Below are positions 62,665-64,000 of a DNA stretch of 64,000 nucleotides, in pieces; position 1 is the stretch's first letter; every line of letters begins with the position of its first letter. The translations under genes were made by a program, and so were the position numbers. Under the pieces are notes generated by a model. It was not told the DNA's origin and did no database searches. It saw only the letters and a list, made by a program, of their open reading frames with translations. The DNA comes from Bdellovibrionota bacterium (GTDB taxonomy: Bacteria > Bdellovibrionota_C > UBA2361 > CAKMMH01), in the NCBI GenBank assembly GCA_050952645.1, contig JBMNLI010000012.1, positions 224,001-288,000 on the forward strand. Reading direction: 5' to 3'.

Positions 62665-62810
62665 GATTTTTTTACCTTTAAATCTTTTAAAATATAAACA
62701 TTAAAATAATCTTTAAAATAATCTTTAAAATAACGAGTGTTTTATTATACAATAAAAAACATTATAAAACATACTTAATTTTATATAAACAAGAAATCTG
62801 TAAATAAAGG

Positions 62811-62876
62811 AGTTCTTCACGTTTTAAAGAGGTATTAAGCTCTTTAAATTAGCGTCCTTAAAAAATATAAAGAACT
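62811..62876 (-). mobile_element. Degenerate, shortened copy of MITE family 1
   Basis: agttcttcacgttttaaagaggtattaag...aagaact aligns with the 60694 end. Confidence 0.6.
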
Positions 62877-62942
62877 TAAAAAAATTATCGATTTACTATT
62901 TCTTTTTTTTTATAGATAAGTTAAAGTAGTAAATATTGTTTT

Positions 62943-63017
62943 CGGGGTGTAGCTCAGTTTGGTTAGAGCACTAGTTTTGGGAACTAGGGGTCGGAAGTTC
63001 GAATCCTCTCACCCCGA
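62943..63017 (+). tRNA. tRNA-Pro(TGG)
   Basis: Acceptor stem cggggtg/caccccg, anticodon arm ctagt-ttTGGga-actag, TTCGAAT loop; no encoded CCA. Confidence 0.95.
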
Positions 63018-63227
63018 CACTAGCTTTTTTCATTTATTTTTTTATATTTCTTCTTTTTAGTTTATTTTAGTTTCATTTTTTAATTATTATTTAATCACTG
63101 CACTTAAAAATAAATTCCATAAGATATATTTAATAAAAATATTAGATCGTTTTATATCATTATCTTTTATGATAAACTAATCTAAGTGTGATTTTCTTCT
63201 AATTTTTCTTAAATTATAAATTGATAT

Positions 63228-64000
63228 ATGTTTTTACTAATTTTAACAATTCTTATATCCGTTAGCGTTTCTTTTACCTGCTCACTTATAGAAGCTGCTT
63301 TTTACTCTCTCCCTATGACATTTGTTTATGAAGAAGCTAAAAAAGGCAGTCTCTCTGGTAAATTACTATTAAAATTTAAAAAAGATATGGGAAAACCTAT
63401 CTCAGCAATTTTAATTTTAAATACTGTGGCAAACACTACTGGAGCATCGGTCTCAGGTTGGTTAGTAGGAGAGCTTTATGGAGCTAATGCACTTTTGCCG
63501 TTTTCAATTTTTTATACATTACTAATATTATATTGTAGTGAGATTATTCCTAAACTTATAGGCGTAGCAAATTCAAGATTTGCGACCAAGCTATTAGCAG
63601 TCCCTTTAAATATTTTAATTAAAATTCTTTATCCTCTTATATATATTTCACAGTTTGTTTCTAAAAAATTTCAAGGAAACTCAAAAGGAGAAAAAATACG
63701 TGCAGAAGAAGTTTTAACGATAGCAGAAATGGGAACTAAGGAAGGTGCGCTAGACAATTTAGAGGGAGCAGTAATAGAAAATATTATAGAGTTAGACGGC
63801 GTGTTAGTAAAAACCATTATGACGCCTAGAACTGTCGTTACTCGCTTCATGGAAGACCTTACATTAGATGAAATAGCGTTAGAGTTAGAAAACCTTGCCT
63901 TTTCTAGAATTCCACTCTATTCATCTGAAAACCCAGATAAGCTAACTAGCTACGTCACGCAGCGAGATATTTTACAAGAGTTGATAAAAGGAAATAGGAA
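63228..64000 (+). CDS. CNNM/hemolysin-family (DUF21 + CBS) membrane protein, partial
   Basis: Hand translation MFLLILTILISVSVSFTCSLIEAAFYS...AILILNTVANT...SEIIPK...IMTPR...FSRIP; runs off window end. Confidence 0.85.
   Translation, partial: MFLLILTILISVSVSFTCSLIEAAFYSLPMTFVYEEAKKGSLSGKLLLKFKKDMGKPISAILILNTVANTTGASVSGWLVGELYGANALLPFSIFYTLLILYCSEIIPKLIGVANSRFATKLLAVPLNILIKILYPLIYISQFVSKKFQGNSKGEKIRAEEVLTIAEMGTKEGALDNLEGAVIENIIELDGVLVKTIMTPRTVVTRFMEDLTLDEIALELENLAFSRIPLYSSENPDKLTSYVTQRDILQELIKGNR

Overview
AT-rich chromosomal window from a diderm (LPS-making), flagellated bacterium. It is mostly housekeeping and envelope genes: mreB (end), motAB, polA, glyS, murA, two lipid A acyltransferases, wzt/wzm with glycosyltransferases, kdsB, rpsU, lptF/G/D, asnS, secG, dksA, lpxD, accD, rmlB/D, manC, gmd, hldE, argB, leuA, truA, asd and three tRNAs. 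Features the ORF track does not explain: (i) a dispersed MITE family with ISL3-like ends in ~104-bp and ~225-bp classes, one copy inserted in the kdsB 3' end; (ii) a 742-aa orphan with a C-terminal HicA-like RNase domain and no adjacent antitoxin, lying between two MITEs; (iii) an unannotated 50-aa Leu-rich leader peptide upstream of leuA; (iv) a complete sigma54 promoter (-24/-12, IHF site, UAS-like palindrome) on an apparently leaderless orphan gene; (v) enzymes with altered catalytic motifs (MurA Cys->Asp, ArgB, RNB nuclease, cupin-HldE fusion); (vi) many 12-bp tandem duplications inside genes; (vii) a patch of decayed IS elements. No CRISPR array or rRNA was seen. All family assignments come from recognising motifs by eye, not from database searches.
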